64,000 nt of DNA from Polyangiales bacterium (GTDB lineage Bacteria; Myxococcota_A; Polyangia; Polyangiales; Polyangiaceae), in the NCBI GenBank assembly GCA_038231275.1, contig JBBRLQ010000017.1, forward strand, positions 131,530 to 195,529. The letters run 5' to 3'. Both the position numbers and the translations under genes were made by a program. The notes beneath the pieces were generated by a model. That model saw nothing but the letters and a program-made list of their open reading frames with translations, was not told the DNA's origin and made no database searches. Positions within the stretch are counted from its first letter, which is position 1, and every line of letters begins with the position of its first letter. Of this stretch, positions 54,667 through 63,929 are shown piece after piece.

Positions 54667-56541
54667 TTGTCCACGTCCAGCTCCAAGCCCATCCCCGCGA
54701 TCAACCGCTACAAGGCCGACCTCCGCGAGCTCTTCTTCCTCGCGTTCGAGCAGTTCGGCCTCACCGACATCCTCGGCAAGGCTCCGTTCGACGCGTGGGG
54801 CGAGGAGGAAGTTCGCCAGTCGGTCACCGAGTGCTACCGCTGGGTTCGCGAGGTCTCGGGCCCGCTCAACGCCATCGGCGATCACGAAGGGTGTCGCATC
54901 GAGGGCGGCGCCGTCCTCACGCCGACCGGCTTCAAGGACGCGTGGAAGAAGCTGTACGAGGCGGGGTGGAAATCGATCGGCGTCAGCCCCGAGTTCGGCG
55001 GCGCCGGCGCGCCCAAGGTCGTCGTCCTCTACATCGAGGAGCTCCTCTGCGGTGCGAACACGGCCTTCACGATGTACTCGGGCCTGACGTACGGCGCCTC
55101 CGAGGTCATCGAGTCGTTCGGAACGCACGAGCAGCAGCAGCTCTTCTGCGCGCGCATGTTCGGCGGAAAGTGGGGCGGAACGATGTGCCTCACCGAGCCG
55201 CAGGCCGGCAGCGACGTCGGCTCTTCGCGCACCACCGCGACGAAGAACGCCGACGGCACGTACTCGATCCGCGGGACCAAGATCTTCATCTCCGCGGGCG
55301 ATCATGATCTCGCAGAGAACGTCGTGCACCTCGTCCTCGCGCGCGTCGAAGGCGCGCCGGCGGGCACCAAGGGGCTCACGCTCTTCATCGTCCCCAAGAT
55401 CCGCACGAACGCCGACGGCACCCTCGCCGGCTCGAACGACGTCACCGTGGGCGCGATCGAGCACAAGATGGGCATCAACGGCTCCGCCACGTGCGTGCTC
55501 AACTTCGGCGAGAACGGCAAATGCGTCGGCGTGCCGGTCGGCGGCGACGCGAAGCTGAACCAGGGCATGAGCCAGATGTTCAAGATGATGAACGGCGCGC
55601 GCATCGCCGTCGGCATGCAGGGCTACTCCGTCGCGTCGAGCGCGTACCTGAACGCGCTCGACTACGCGCGCGAGCGCAAGCAAGGCGCCTCCATCACGCA
55701 CTGGAAGGACGCGACCGCCCCGCGCGTCCCGATCCTCGAGCACGCCGACGTGCGACGCATGCTCCTCGACATGAAGTCACGCGTCGAGGGCATCCGCGCG
55801 CTCGCGGTGAAGCTCGCCCGCCACCAGGACACCGTCGACGCGCTGACCAAGACCGGCGGCGACGACAAGGACATCGCCTACCACCAGGGTCAGGTCGATC
55901 TGCTCGTGCCGCTCGTGAAGGCGTACGGCTCCGATCAGGGCTTCCGCGTGTGCGAGACCGCGATCCAGACCTACGGTGGCGCCGGCTACACGCGCGACTA
56001 CCCCGTCGAGCAGTACTGCCGCGACGCCAAGATCTTCAGCATCTACGAAGGCACGAACCACATCCAGGCGATGGATCTGGTCGGCCGCAAGCTCGGACAG
56101 GCGGGCGGCGCGAACCTGCAGGCGTTCCTCGGCGACGTCGGCAAGTTCGTCGCGAAGAACGGCGAGCATCCTACGCTCGGCGCCGCCGTGAAGAGCCTCG
56201 GCGCGGCGGCGCAAGCGATCGGCAACGGTTCGATGAAGCTCCTCATGTGGTTCCAGTCGGGCAACCTCGCGCTCGTTCCGCTGTCGGCGAACCGCTTCCT
56301 CGAGATGATGGCGGAGCTCTCCGTCGCGTGGGTGCTGCTCGACGGCGCGGTCATCGCCGAGGCGAAGAAGAAGGGCCTCGCCGAGGGCAGCCCCGATCTG
56401 GCCTTTTACACGGGCAAAACCCACGCCGCGCTCTATTACGCGCGCAACGTGCTGCCCGGCGTCGAGCACAAGGCCAAGCTGATGGACGGCGAGGACAAGA
56501 CCCCGCTCGACATCCCCGACGCCGCGTTCGCGACCGTATAA
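54667..56541 (+). CDS. Acyl-CoA dehydrogenase (long FadE5-like form)
   Basis: AAGGAGG RBS before TTG; TMCLTEPQAGSDVG, GTKIFIS, EHKMGINGSAT, YARERKQG, GGAGY, IYEGTNHIQAMDL. Confidence 0.95.
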   Translation: MSTSSSKPIPAINRYKADLRELFFLAFEQFGLTDILGKAPFDAWGEEEVRQSVTECYRWVREVSGPLNAIGDHEGCRIEGGAVLTPTGFKDAWKKLYEAGWKSIGVSPEFGGAGAPKVVVLYIEELLCGANTAFTMYSGLTYGASEVIESFGTHEQQQLFCARMFGGKWGGTMCLTEPQAGSDVGSSRTTATKNADGTYSIRGTKIFISAGDHDLAENVVHLVLARVEGAPAGTKGLTLFIVPKIRTNADGTLAGSNDVTVGAIEHKMGINGSATCVLNFGENGKCVGVPVGGDAKLNQGMSQMFKMMNGARIAVGMQGYSVASSAYLNALDYARERKQGASITHWKDATAPRVPILEHADVRRMLLDMKSRVEGIRALAVKLARHQDTVDALTKTGGDDKDIAYHQGQVDLLVPLVKAYGSDQGFRVCETAIQTYGGAGYTRDYPVEQYCRDAKIFSIYEGTNHIQAMDLVGRKLGQAGGANLQAFLGDVGKFVAKNGEHPTLGAAVKSLGAAAQAIGNGSMKLLMWFQSGNLALVPLSANRFLEMMAELSVAWVLLDGAVIAEAKKKGLAEGSPDLAFYTGKTHAALYYARNVLPGVEHKAKLMDGEDKTPLDIPDAAFATV

Positions 56542-56550
56542 ACTACCGGG

Positions 56551-57435
56551 ATGCGTCGCGCACTCCTCGTGCCTTGGCTCGTCGTCGTGTGCTCCTGCAA
56601 GGGGCCGATGGCGAAGATCGAGGCGGTTCGCGACGCGCTCGTTTCCGGTGACGACGCAGCGCTGACGAGCGCGACGAACGGCGTGCCCGCGTGCAAGGAG
56701 CCAGCCCCCGGCGCGGAGCAAGCGTGCCTCGGAGCGATCGCGGCAGCGCTCGGCTCCAAGTCGGGATTCAACGGAACGTCACCAGACCAGGCGTCCGCGG
56801 CGGCCGTCGCCCTCGTCGTCGCCCGCGATCGGCACGGCGAGTGGGCGACGGCGGCCGACGTGTGGCTCTCCGCGATTCGAACCGGGAAGGGAGCGGGCAT
56901 CGACGCGCTCCGGGTCGCGGTGGCGCGGCAGATGGCGGCGAGCGCGCCCGACGTCGGCAAAGCGATCGACGACGACAAGGACACGCGGCCGCTCCTCAAG
57001 GCCGTCGCCGCCGCGATCCCCGGCGCGTGCACCACGTACGCGTCGCTGGGTGCCGGCGCGAACGAAGCGACGCTCTCTCTCGCGGCGATGCCCGATCACT
57101 CCGCGTGCGTGCAGAAGGACCTCGGCCGCAAAGACGGGCCCGGCGGCACCTACGGGCGCGGGCTCCTCCGTGCGGCGGAAGGCGCCGCGGCGATTTGGAA
57201 GGACATGGCGACCGCGCTTCGTGACGGGCTCGGGCTCACGGGCGGCGCTGCGCGGCCCGTCGTCGACACGAAGCTCGCGGCAATCGACGAGGCGACGCGA
57301 AAGCTCGCGCTGAAGAAGGTGCCGCGCGACGACGGCTGGATCAAAGAGATGACCGACTTACACGGCGACGCCGGCGTGCCGTTCGATGGCAAGCCGGCCG
57401 CGAAGGCCGACGCGGGGGCGACGCTTCGTCGTTGA
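56551..57435 (+). CDS. Hypothetical lipoprotein
   Basis: Lipobox VCSC; Ala-rich helical; GC3-rich codons. Confidence 0.7.
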   Translation: MRRALLVPWLVVVCSCKGPMAKIEAVRDALVSGDDAALTSATNGVPACKEPAPGAEQACLGAIAAALGSKSGFNGTSPDQASAAAVALVVARDRHGEWATAADVWLSAIRTGKGAGIDALRVAVARQMAASAPDVGKAIDDDKDTRPLLKAVAAAIPGACTTYASLGAGANEATLSLAAMPDHSACVQKDLGRKDGPGGTYGRGLLRAAEGAAAIWKDMATALRDGLGLTGGAARPVVDTKLAAIDEATRKLALKKVPRDDGWIKEMTDLHGDAGVPFDGKPAAKADAGATLRR

Positions 57436-57543
57436 CCGTCAAACGGTTGGCGCACGACGTCATCGCGACGACGCGGGACCCGAACAAACTGCCCGCATTT
57501 CCAGCTCGCGGCGTCGGCACGGGGCTTGATGAGGAGTCTTGCG

Positions 57544-58290
57544 ATGAGCAAGACAGAGTGGGACTACACCGACCTCGCCGCCGCCTACCTCAAGCGCCCG
57601 GACTACGCGGACTCCGCGATCGACGCCATGCTCGCGAAGGCGGGTGTCGGCGCCGGCGCGCGCGCGTGTGACGTCGGCGCAGGCGTCGCACACCTCACAC
57701 GAATGCTCGAGCACCGCGGGCTTCACGTCGTCGCCGTCGAGCCGAACGACGCCATGCGCGGCTTCGGCAAGACGCGCACGCGCGCCGCCGTGTGGTTCGA
57801 CGGGACGGGCGAGGCGACGGGCCAGCCCTCGTCGGCGTTCGATCTCGTGACCTTCGGGTCCTCCTTCAACGTCACCGATCGCCAGAAGGCGCTCGTCGAG
57901 ACCGCACGCATCGCCCGCTCGCGCGGCTGGTTCGCATGCATGTGGAACCACCGCGACCTCGAAGACCCGCTGCAGGCCGCCATCGAACGCACGATCTCGG
58001 AGCGTGTCGACGGCTACGACTACGGGACGCGACGCGAGGACCAGACCACCGAGATCGACAGGAGCGGCCTCTTCGGGGAGGTCACCAAGATCGAAGGGAA
58101 GGTCGTCCACGCGCAGAGCAAGATGGAGTGCCTCGAGGCGTGGCGCTCGCACGCGACGCTCCAGCGCCAGGCCGGCAAGGCCTTTCCTGCGGTCGTCGAG
58201 GCGATCGCCACCGTGCTCGATCGCCACCCGTCGCCCACCGTCCTCATCCCGTACACGACGCGGATCTGGGTCGCCCAGCTGAAGGGATAA
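57544..58290 (+). CDS. Class I SAM methyltransferase, Cj1419-like (phosphoramidate O-methyltransferase candidate)
   Basis: WDYT, RPDY, DVGAG, VEPNDAMR, VTFGSSFNV, CMWNHRDLEDP, GTRREDQ, YTTRIW. As recalled, these motifs match C. jejuni Cj1419. Confidence 0.85.
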   Translation: MSKTEWDYTDLAAAYLKRPDYADSAIDAMLAKAGVGAGARACDVGAGVAHLTRMLEHRGLHVVAVEPNDAMRGFGKTRTRAAVWFDGTGEATGQPSSAFDLVTFGSSFNVTDRQKALVETARIARSRGWFACMWNHRDLEDPLQAAIERTISERVDGYDYGTRREDQTTEIDRSGLFGEVTKIEGKVVHAQSKMECLEAWRSHATLQRQAGKAFPAVVEAIATVLDRHPSPTVLIPYTTRIWVAQLKG

Positions 58291-58295
58291 GGTCG

Positions 58296-58835
58296 ATGCC
58301 CGGCGTCATCTGGATCACGGGACTCTCGGGCGCCGGCAAGACGACGCTCGCGCGGCGGGTCGTGGGCGCGCTTCGCCAGGACGCGGCGTTCGGCGAGCGT
58401 GCGATCGTTCACGTCGACGGCGACGAGATGCGCGCAGTGTTCGGCGACGATCTCGGGCACGGCCCCGCCGACCGCCGCGCCAACGCGTGGCGAATCGCGC
58501 GCACCTGCGAGCTCCTCGTACGCCAGCAGTGCTTCGTCGTCTGCTCGACGATGAGCATGTTCCAGGAGATCTATGCGCACAACCGCAGCCAGCTCTCGCC
58601 GTACATCGAGATCCTCCTCTCGGTGCCCATGGAGGTGCTCCGCGCGCGCGATTCGAAGGGCATTTACCGAGGTGGCGCGCGCAACGTGGGCGGCGTCGAT
58701 CTCGAGGTGACCTGGCCAAAGACGCCCGATCTCGTGCTCTCGAGCGAGGGCGACGGCGATCTGGCCCGCAATACAGAGCTCGTCGTTGCGCGCGCGCACG
58801 CGATGGTCGGCGACGCCGCGCGGAGGAGCGCGTGA
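58296..58835 (+). CDS. Adenylyl-sulfate kinase (CysC)-like protein; probable cytidine diphosphoramidate 3'-kinase (Cj1415-like)
   Basis: VIWITGLSGAGKTT, DGDEMR, STMSMF, RDSKGIY, NVGGVD; operon context. Confidence 0.85.
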   Translation: MPGVIWITGLSGAGKTTLARRVVGALRQDAAFGERAIVHVDGDEMRAVFGDDLGHGPADRRANAWRIARTCELLVRQQCFVVCSTMSMFQEIYAHNRSQLSPYIEILLSVPMEVLRARDSKGIYRGGARNVGGVDLEVTWPKTPDLVLSSEGDGDLARNTELVVARAHAMVGDAARRSA

Positions 58836-61201
58836 CGCTCGTCTTCGGGACCAAGGCCGAGACGCTTGCGCGCGTGGCGCCACGTGTCACGACCGCGGTC
58901 GTGCCTCCTCGGGTCGCCTTCACCGTCGCGCGATGGCGCGCGGAGCGGGAGCTGGTCCTCGCAGGGGCTGCGTGCCTCGGTAGGCGCGTCGTCGTTCGGA
59001 GCTCCGCGCGCGGCGAAGACGGCCCCCGCGCGTCGATGGCCGGTGCGTTTCTCTCGATCGCGGACGTCGACCCTGCCGACGCGCGCGCCCTCGCGTTCGC
59101 GATCGACCAGGTCGTCGCGTCGTACGCGAAGGGCAATGCCCGCGCGCCTGCCGCCGACGATCAGGTGCTCGTGCAGAAGCAGGTCGAGGACGTGGCGCTC
59201 GCCGGCGTCCTCTTCACCAGTGATCTGGACACGCTCGCGCCGTACTACGTCTTCTCGTACGACGAGTCGGGGAAGACCGACACCGTCACCGGGGGCCATG
59301 AGGGGCGCGTCGCGACCGTCGTACGCTTCAAGCGCGCGCCCACTCCGGTGCGCGACGCCCGCTTCGCGCCGGTCTTCGCCCTCGGCGCCGAGCTCGAAGC
59401 GCTCTTCGCGACGCCGCATCTCGACATCGAGCTCGCCATCGACGCCCGCGGCACGCTCCATCTCCTTCAGGTGCGGCGCCTTGCGAGCGGCAGCCACGTC
59501 CGGCCTCCGAGCGGGCCGGCCCTCGAAGAGCAGCTCGAGAAGGTCGCCAAGAAATGCGAGAAGCTCGCCCTCCCGCACCCCGATCTCGCGGGCGAGGGCA
59601 CGGCGTTCGGCGTAATGCCCGACTGGAACCCCGCCGAGATGATCGGCAAAAAGCCGCGCCGCCTCGCGTTGTCGCTCTACAAGGAGCTGATCACCGACTC
59701 GATCTGGGCCTACCAGCGCGACAACTACGGCTACCGCAACCTGCGCAGCTTCCCACTCCTCGTGTCGCTCATGGGGCACCCGTACGTCGACGTGCGCGTG
59801 AGCTTCAACTCGTTCGTCCCCAAAGATCTCGATCCGCGCATCGCCGACAAGCTCGTCAGCCACTACCTCGCCGAGCTCCGCCGAAGACCCGCCGACCACG
59901 ACAAGGTCGAGTTCAACGTGGTCTACACGTGCGCCTATCCCGGCCTCTCCGAGCGCATCCAGGAGCTCGCCGCCCACGGATTCCGGCCCGGCGAGATCGA
60001 TCGCATCAAGTTTGCGCTGCTCAAGCTCACCAACGGGATCCTCGATCCGGCGCGCGGCCTCTACGCGAAGGATCTCACGAAGGTCGACGAGCTCTCGGCC
60101 CGCCACGCGCGGACGATGTCGAGCGAGATGCCGATCCTCCACAAGATCTACTGGATCGTCGAGGACACCAAGCGCTACGGCACCCTCCCCTTCGCGGGCC
60201 TCGCGCGCGCGGGGTTCGTCGCGATGCAGATCTTGAAGGGCCTCGTCGCCCTCGGCATCTTCACGCCGGCGGATGAGGCCGTGTTCATGCAGTCGCTCGA
60301 GACCGTCTCGAGGCGCATGGCGGGTGACGTCGCGCGCCTCGCGACCGGCGAGGTCTCGCGGGAGGCGTTTCTTGCGGAGTACGGACATCTCCGCCCGGGG
60401 ACGTACGACATCCTCTCGAAGCGCTACGACGAGGACTGGGGCACCTACTTCGGACAAATTGCGTCGCAGGCGCACGCGCCGGAGTCTGCGCGGCCGTTCG
60501 TCCTTCGCCCCGAGCAACGCGACGCGCTCGCCGCAGTCCTGATCGAAGAGGGATTCGAGGTCGGGCCCGACGCGCTGCTCGCCTTCATGCGAGGCGCCAT
60601 CTGCGGCCGCGAGCACGGCAAATTCGTGTTCACCAAGAGCCTGAGCGACCTCCTCGTGCTCCTCGAGCAGCTGGGCGCGCGCTTCGGCGTCTCACGCGAC
60701 GATCTCTCGCACCTCGACATCGGCGCCGTCCTCGCGCTCTACGCGGAGCTCGGCGCGGAGGACGTCGACGCCGTGCTGGTCGCCGACATCGCGCGTGGAA
60801 AGCGCGCACACGCCGTGACGCGGGCGCTCCGACTCCCCCACCTGATCGCTCGCCCCGAGGACGTCTACGAGTTCACGCTTGGTGACGCCGAGCCGAGCTT
60901 CGTGACGCTCGGGCGCGTGCACGCCGAGACGCTCGCGGAGGCGGAGCTCGGGCACGTCGACCCGGCCGGCAAGGTCGTCTTCGTGCGGAGCGCCGATCCC
61001 GGCTACGACTGGCTCTTCGCGCGCAAGATCGCGGGGCTCGTCACCGAGCACGGCGGCGCCAACTCGCACATGGCGATCCGCGCCGCCGAGCTCGGCGTGC
61101 CCAGCGTGATCGGGTGCGGCGAGCAATTGTTCGACGGGCTGTCCCGCGCGAAGGTGATCGAGATCGACTGCGCGAACCGCGTGGTCAGAAAGGTGGCGTG
61201 A
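58832..61201 (+). CDS. PEP-utilizing/ATP-grasp enzyme; probable L-glutamine kinase (Cj1418-like)
   Basis: FGTKAETL, VRSSA.GED..SMAGAF, MPDWNPAEMIG, HDKVEF, GHLRPGTYDI, SADPGYDWLF, GGANSHMAIRAAELG (phospho-His). Confidence 0.9.
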   Translation: MTLVFGTKAETLARVAPRVTTAVVPPRVAFTVARWRAERELVLAGAACLGRRVVVRSSARGEDGPRASMAGAFLSIADVDPADARALAFAIDQVVASYAKGNARAPAADDQVLVQKQVEDVALAGVLFTSDLDTLAPYYVFSYDESGKTDTVTGGHEGRVATVVRFKRAPTPVRDARFAPVFALGAELEALFATPHLDIELAIDARGTLHLLQVRRLASGSHVRPPSGPALEEQLEKVAKKCEKLALPHPDLAGEGTAFGVMPDWNPAEMIGKKPRRLALSLYKELITDSIWAYQRDNYGYRNLRSFPLLVSLMGHPYVDVRVSFNSFVPKDLDPRIADKLVSHYLAELRRRPADHDKVEFNVVYTCAYPGLSERIQELAAHGFRPGEIDRIKFALLKLTNGILDPARGLYAKDLTKVDELSARHARTMSSEMPILHKIYWIVEDTKRYGTLPFAGLARAGFVAMQILKGLVALGIFTPADEAVFMQSLETVSRRMAGDVARLATGEVSREAFLAEYGHLRPGTYDILSKRYDEDWGTYFGQIASQAHAPESARPFVLRPEQRDALAAVLIEEGFEVGPDALLAFMRGAICGREHGKFVFTKSLSDLLVLLEQLGARFGVSRDDLSHLDIGAVLALYAELGAEDVDAVLVADIARGKRAHAVTRALRLPHLIARPEDVYEFTLGDAEPSFVTLGRVHAETLAEAELGHVDPAGKVVFVRSADPGYDWLFARKIAGLVTEHGGANSHMAIRAAELGVPSVIGCGEQLFDGLSRAKVIEIDCANRVVRKVA

Positions 61202-61202
61202 T

Positions 61203-61832
61203 GTGCGAACCGTTCTCGTGACGCAGCGGCTCGTCGAAGAGAGCGCGTACCCCGAGGTGCGTGAGGCGCTCGACGTGCGCTGGGGGCGATTCTTCGCGGA
61301 GCTCGGGCTCCTTCCGGTGCCGATGGCCTACGAGATCGCTCCCGATCACTACGCCTCACTGCAACCTGCGGCGGTCGTCTTGACCGGCGGCAACGACATC
61401 GTCGCGTGCTCCGACACGCCCACGTCGCGACGCCGTGACGCGTACGAGCGCCGCGTCCTCCACGCCGCCGGTGTTCACGATTGGGCTATTTTTGCCGTGT
61501 GCCGCGGCGCGCAGCTCCTCGCCGCCGAAGCGGGCGCGGCGCTGCGCGAGATCGCGGGCCACGTCGGCGCCGAGCACGCGCTCGAGGTCGTGCCTGGCGC
61601 GCCGTTCGCCCCCGAGCTCCAGAACGTGGGCCGTGTGAACTCGTTCCATCGCTGGGCCCCCGACGGCCCGCTTCTGCGCGGCTGGTCGGTCTGCGCGCGC
61701 GGTGACGACGGCGGTGTCGAGGCGATCGCGCACGCGTCGCTGCGCGCCCTCGGCGTGATGTGGCATCCCGAGCGGTACGAGACGCCGCGTCCCTGCGATC
61801 TCGCGCTCGTGCGCGCGGTGGTGGGCTCGTGA
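61203..61832 (+). CDS. Class I glutamine amidotransferase/peptidase C26; probable gamma-glutamyl-CDP-amidate hydrolase (Cj1417-like)
   Basis: VTQRL...YPEVREALDVRW, LTGGND, CRGAQ, VNSFH, MWHPER (Cys-His-Glu triad). Confidence 0.88.
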   Translation: MRTVLVTQRLVEESAYPEVREALDVRWGRFFAELGLLPVPMAYEIAPDHYASLQPAAVVLTGGNDIVACSDTPTSRRRDAYERRVLHAAGVHDWAIFAVCRGAQLLAAEAGAALREIAGHVGAEHALEVVPGAPFAPELQNVGRVNSFHRWAPDGPLLRGWSVCARGDDGGVEAIAHASLRALGVMWHPERYETPRPCDLALVRAVVGS

Positions 61833-62560
61833 GGGCCATCGTCCTCGCTGCCGGTCAGGGCGCACGCCTGCGGCCGCTCACCGACGATCGTCCCAAGTGC
61901 ATGGTCGCCTACAAGGGCATCACGCTCATCGACCGCATCCTCGCGAGCTTGCGGACGGCGGGCATCTCCGACATCGTCGTCGTGAAGGGCTACAAGGCCG
62001 ACTCGCTCCACCCGCCCGGCGCGCGGACCTTCGTGAACGAGAACTACGCCGCCGGCAACATGGTCGCGACCTTGTTCACCGTCGAAGACGAGATCGAGGG
62101 CGACGTCGTCATCACGTACTCCGACATCGCCTACGGCCCCAGCGTCGTGCGAAAGCTCGCGGAGTCCGACGCCGACATCTCGATCGTCATCGACCTCGCC
62201 TGGCGCGAGCTCTGGCAGAAGCGTATGAGCGATCCCCTCGCCGACGCCGAGACGCTCAAGCTAGACGGGCGCGGCCGTGTCCGCGAGCTCGGAAAGAAGC
62301 CGTGGTCGTACGCCGACATCGAGGGGCAGTACATCGGCCTCATCAAGCTCACCGCCCGCGGCGCCGAGCGCTTGCGTGCACTCTACACGCGCCTTGATCG
62401 GACCGCGCTCTACGACGGGCAGCCGTTCGAGAAGATGTTCATGACGAGCCTCCTTCAGCGCGCCATCGACGCGGGCATCGAGGTTCGGGCGGTGCCGATC
62501 CGCGGCGGCTGGATCGAGATCGACGCGCCGAGCGACTTGGAGATCGACGTCGCCGTCTGA
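61829..62560 (+). CDS. Phosphocholine-cytidylyltransferase-family NTP transferase; probable CTP:phosphoglutamine cytidylyltransferase (Cj1416-like)
   Basis: LAAGQGARLRPLTDDRPKCMV, YSDI, DPLADAETLK, IEGQYIGL, MTSLLQ, WIEID. Confidence 0.9.
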   Translation: MRAIVLAAGQGARLRPLTDDRPKCMVAYKGITLIDRILASLRTAGISDIVVVKGYKADSLHPPGARTFVNENYAAGNMVATLFTVEDEIEGDVVITYSDIAYGPSVVRKLAESDADISIVIDLAWRELWQKRMSDPLADAETLKLDGRGRVRELGKKPWSYADIEGQYIGLIKLTARGAERLRALYTRLDRTALYDGQPFEKMFMTSLLQRAIDAGIEVRAVPIRGGWIEIDAPSDLEIDVAV

Positions 62561-63792
62561 GGTGCGGTGGCGTTCGGCGGAGGCTTCAGGCCCCCGCCGA
62601 GCGGGCGCGGCAGTGGCAGAAGCGCGCGGATCGCGCGAGGAAGCACCGCGCGGGCGAGGTGGCGATAGGTGTAGCCCCACCGCGTGAGCATGCCCCGGGC
62701 GGCCTCGATAGGCGCCTGGGCAAAGGCGCCGCGCTCGGCCTTCGTCGGCGCGTGCATGAGGAGCGGCGCGAGGAGCCGCGCGTGCCAGCGCGCGCGGTCG
62801 TAGCCATGGTCGCGGCGGAACGCGGCGAGCAGCCCCTCGAGCACGTAGCGATCGAAGGCGTCGAGCGCCTCGTCCGTCGTATCGGCGGCCTGCCGAGTGT
62901 GTGCGCTGCTGAAGCCGTTCTGCCGCTTCACCGCCATTTGATCGCCCCAGTACGCGAGGCCGCCCCACGTGCTCGCGAGGAGCCGCTCGTCCCACGCGAT
63001 CCCCAGCCACTGCGCGAGGCGCGTCATCGTCGCGCGCGGTGCGTCGTGGAGATCCTCGAGCCGCACCTCGTAGCGCCGCATCGCGCGTCGATCGAACAGC
63101 TCGCTCCACCCCGTGAGCTGGTGGCGGTAGAGCGCGTGGTAGCCGCCGGTCCGCGCCATCCTGGCGTAGGTCGCGCGATCGTCTTGCCCGAGAATGCCCG
63201 CGAGGTCGCGGTTCTTCCGGAGGTACGACGCGAGCGATCGGACGGGATCCCGCACCGTTCCGATCGCGACCATCTCTGGGAAATCTTCGAGCGCCGCACC
63301 GATACCGTCGTAGGCCTCGGGGGAGTGGAGGTGGTAGAGGAGGACCTTCTTCTTCGACACGTCCTCGCCGCGCGCCTCGGCGTACGCGAAGTGCGCGGCG
63401 AGGAAGAAGTCCCGCCGGCGGATGGCGCCAGGAGCGCGCGACGGCAACCGAGCAAGCAGCGCGTCCGTGAAGCGGTCGGCGTCGACGAACAGCGGCGTGT
63501 CCTTCGCCGGCCCCAGATCGGCGAGGCCCTCGAACCAGCGATCCGCGCGTCCGTCGAAGCACGACGGGTTCCAGGCGATGAACTTCGCGACCATCTCCTC
63601 GCGTGTGGCGGCGTTGGCGATGTCAGCCCATTGACGGTGGTGGAAGGAATTGACACGCGTCGCTGGGAACGTGAGCACCTCGGGGTGCCCATCGAAGAGG
63701 CTGTGCAGGAACACCGTGCCGCTTCTTCCCCAGAAAAACAGCGCGGCGACGCGAACGTCGGGGGCGGCGATGCGTGCGGCCTCGAATGGCAT
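62455..63792 (-). CDS. Sulfotransferase-family protein
   Basis: 5'-PSB loop GRSGTVFLHSLFDGHPEV, 3'-PB motif VRDPVRSLAS, VRLEDL..P..TM..LA.WLGI; overlaps the preceding gene convergently. Confidence 0.8.
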   Translation of the reverse strand: MPFEAARIAAPDVRVAALFFWGRSGTVFLHSLFDGHPEVLTFPATRVNSFHHRQWADIANAATREEMVAKFIAWNPSCFDGRADRWFEGLADLGPAKDTPLFVDADRFTDALLARLPSRAPGAIRRRDFFLAAHFAYAEARGEDVSKKKVLLYHLHSPEAYDGIGAALEDFPEMVAIGTVRDPVRSLASYLRKNRDLAGILGQDDRATYARMARTGGYHALYRHQLTGWSELFDRRAMRRYEVRLEDLHDAPRATMTRLAQWLGIAWDERLLASTWGGLAYWGDQMAVKRQNGFSSAHTRQAADTTDEALDAFDRYVLEGLLAAFRRDHGYDRARWHARLLAPLLMHAPTKAERGAFAQAPIEAARGMLTRWGYTYRHLARAVLPRAIRALLPLPRPLGGGLKPPPNATAPQTATSISKSLGASISIQPPRIGTARTSMPASMAR

Positions 63793-63853
63793 GTGCGGTG
63801 CTTATACACGCCGCATGCCGCGGGGCGCCGCACGTGGGGCGCGCGCGGATCAA

Positions 63854-63929
63854 TCCGATTTAGCTCAGTTGGTAGAGCAGGCGGCTGTTAACCGCCGGGT
63901 CGCTGGTTCGAGTCCAGCAGTCGGAGCCA
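63854..63929 (+). tRNA. tRNA-Asn (GTT)
   Basis: Acceptor TCCGATT/AGTCGGA, D-arm AGCTCAGTTGGTAGAGC, anticodon GTT at 63887-63889, TTCGA T-loop, encoded CCA; 76 nt. Confidence 0.97.

Noticed and set aside
57515..57530. Sigma54 promoter for the MeOPN operon (CGGCAC-GGGGC-TTGAT)
   Set aside because: The -12 dinucleotide is GA, not GC, and the implied start would fall downstream of the RBS; too weak to call.
58296..61201. Sulfate-assimilation cysC and PEP synthase/PPDK
   Set aside because: No cysDN/cysH nearby. The large protein ends at the phospho-His domain with no pyruvate-binding barrel, and the context fits the phosphoramidate pathway.
57544..63929. tRNA-Asn-anchored genomic island carrying the MeOPN operon
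   Set aside because: The operon lies on the 5' side of the tRNA; no integrase or duplicated tRNA 3' end was seen.
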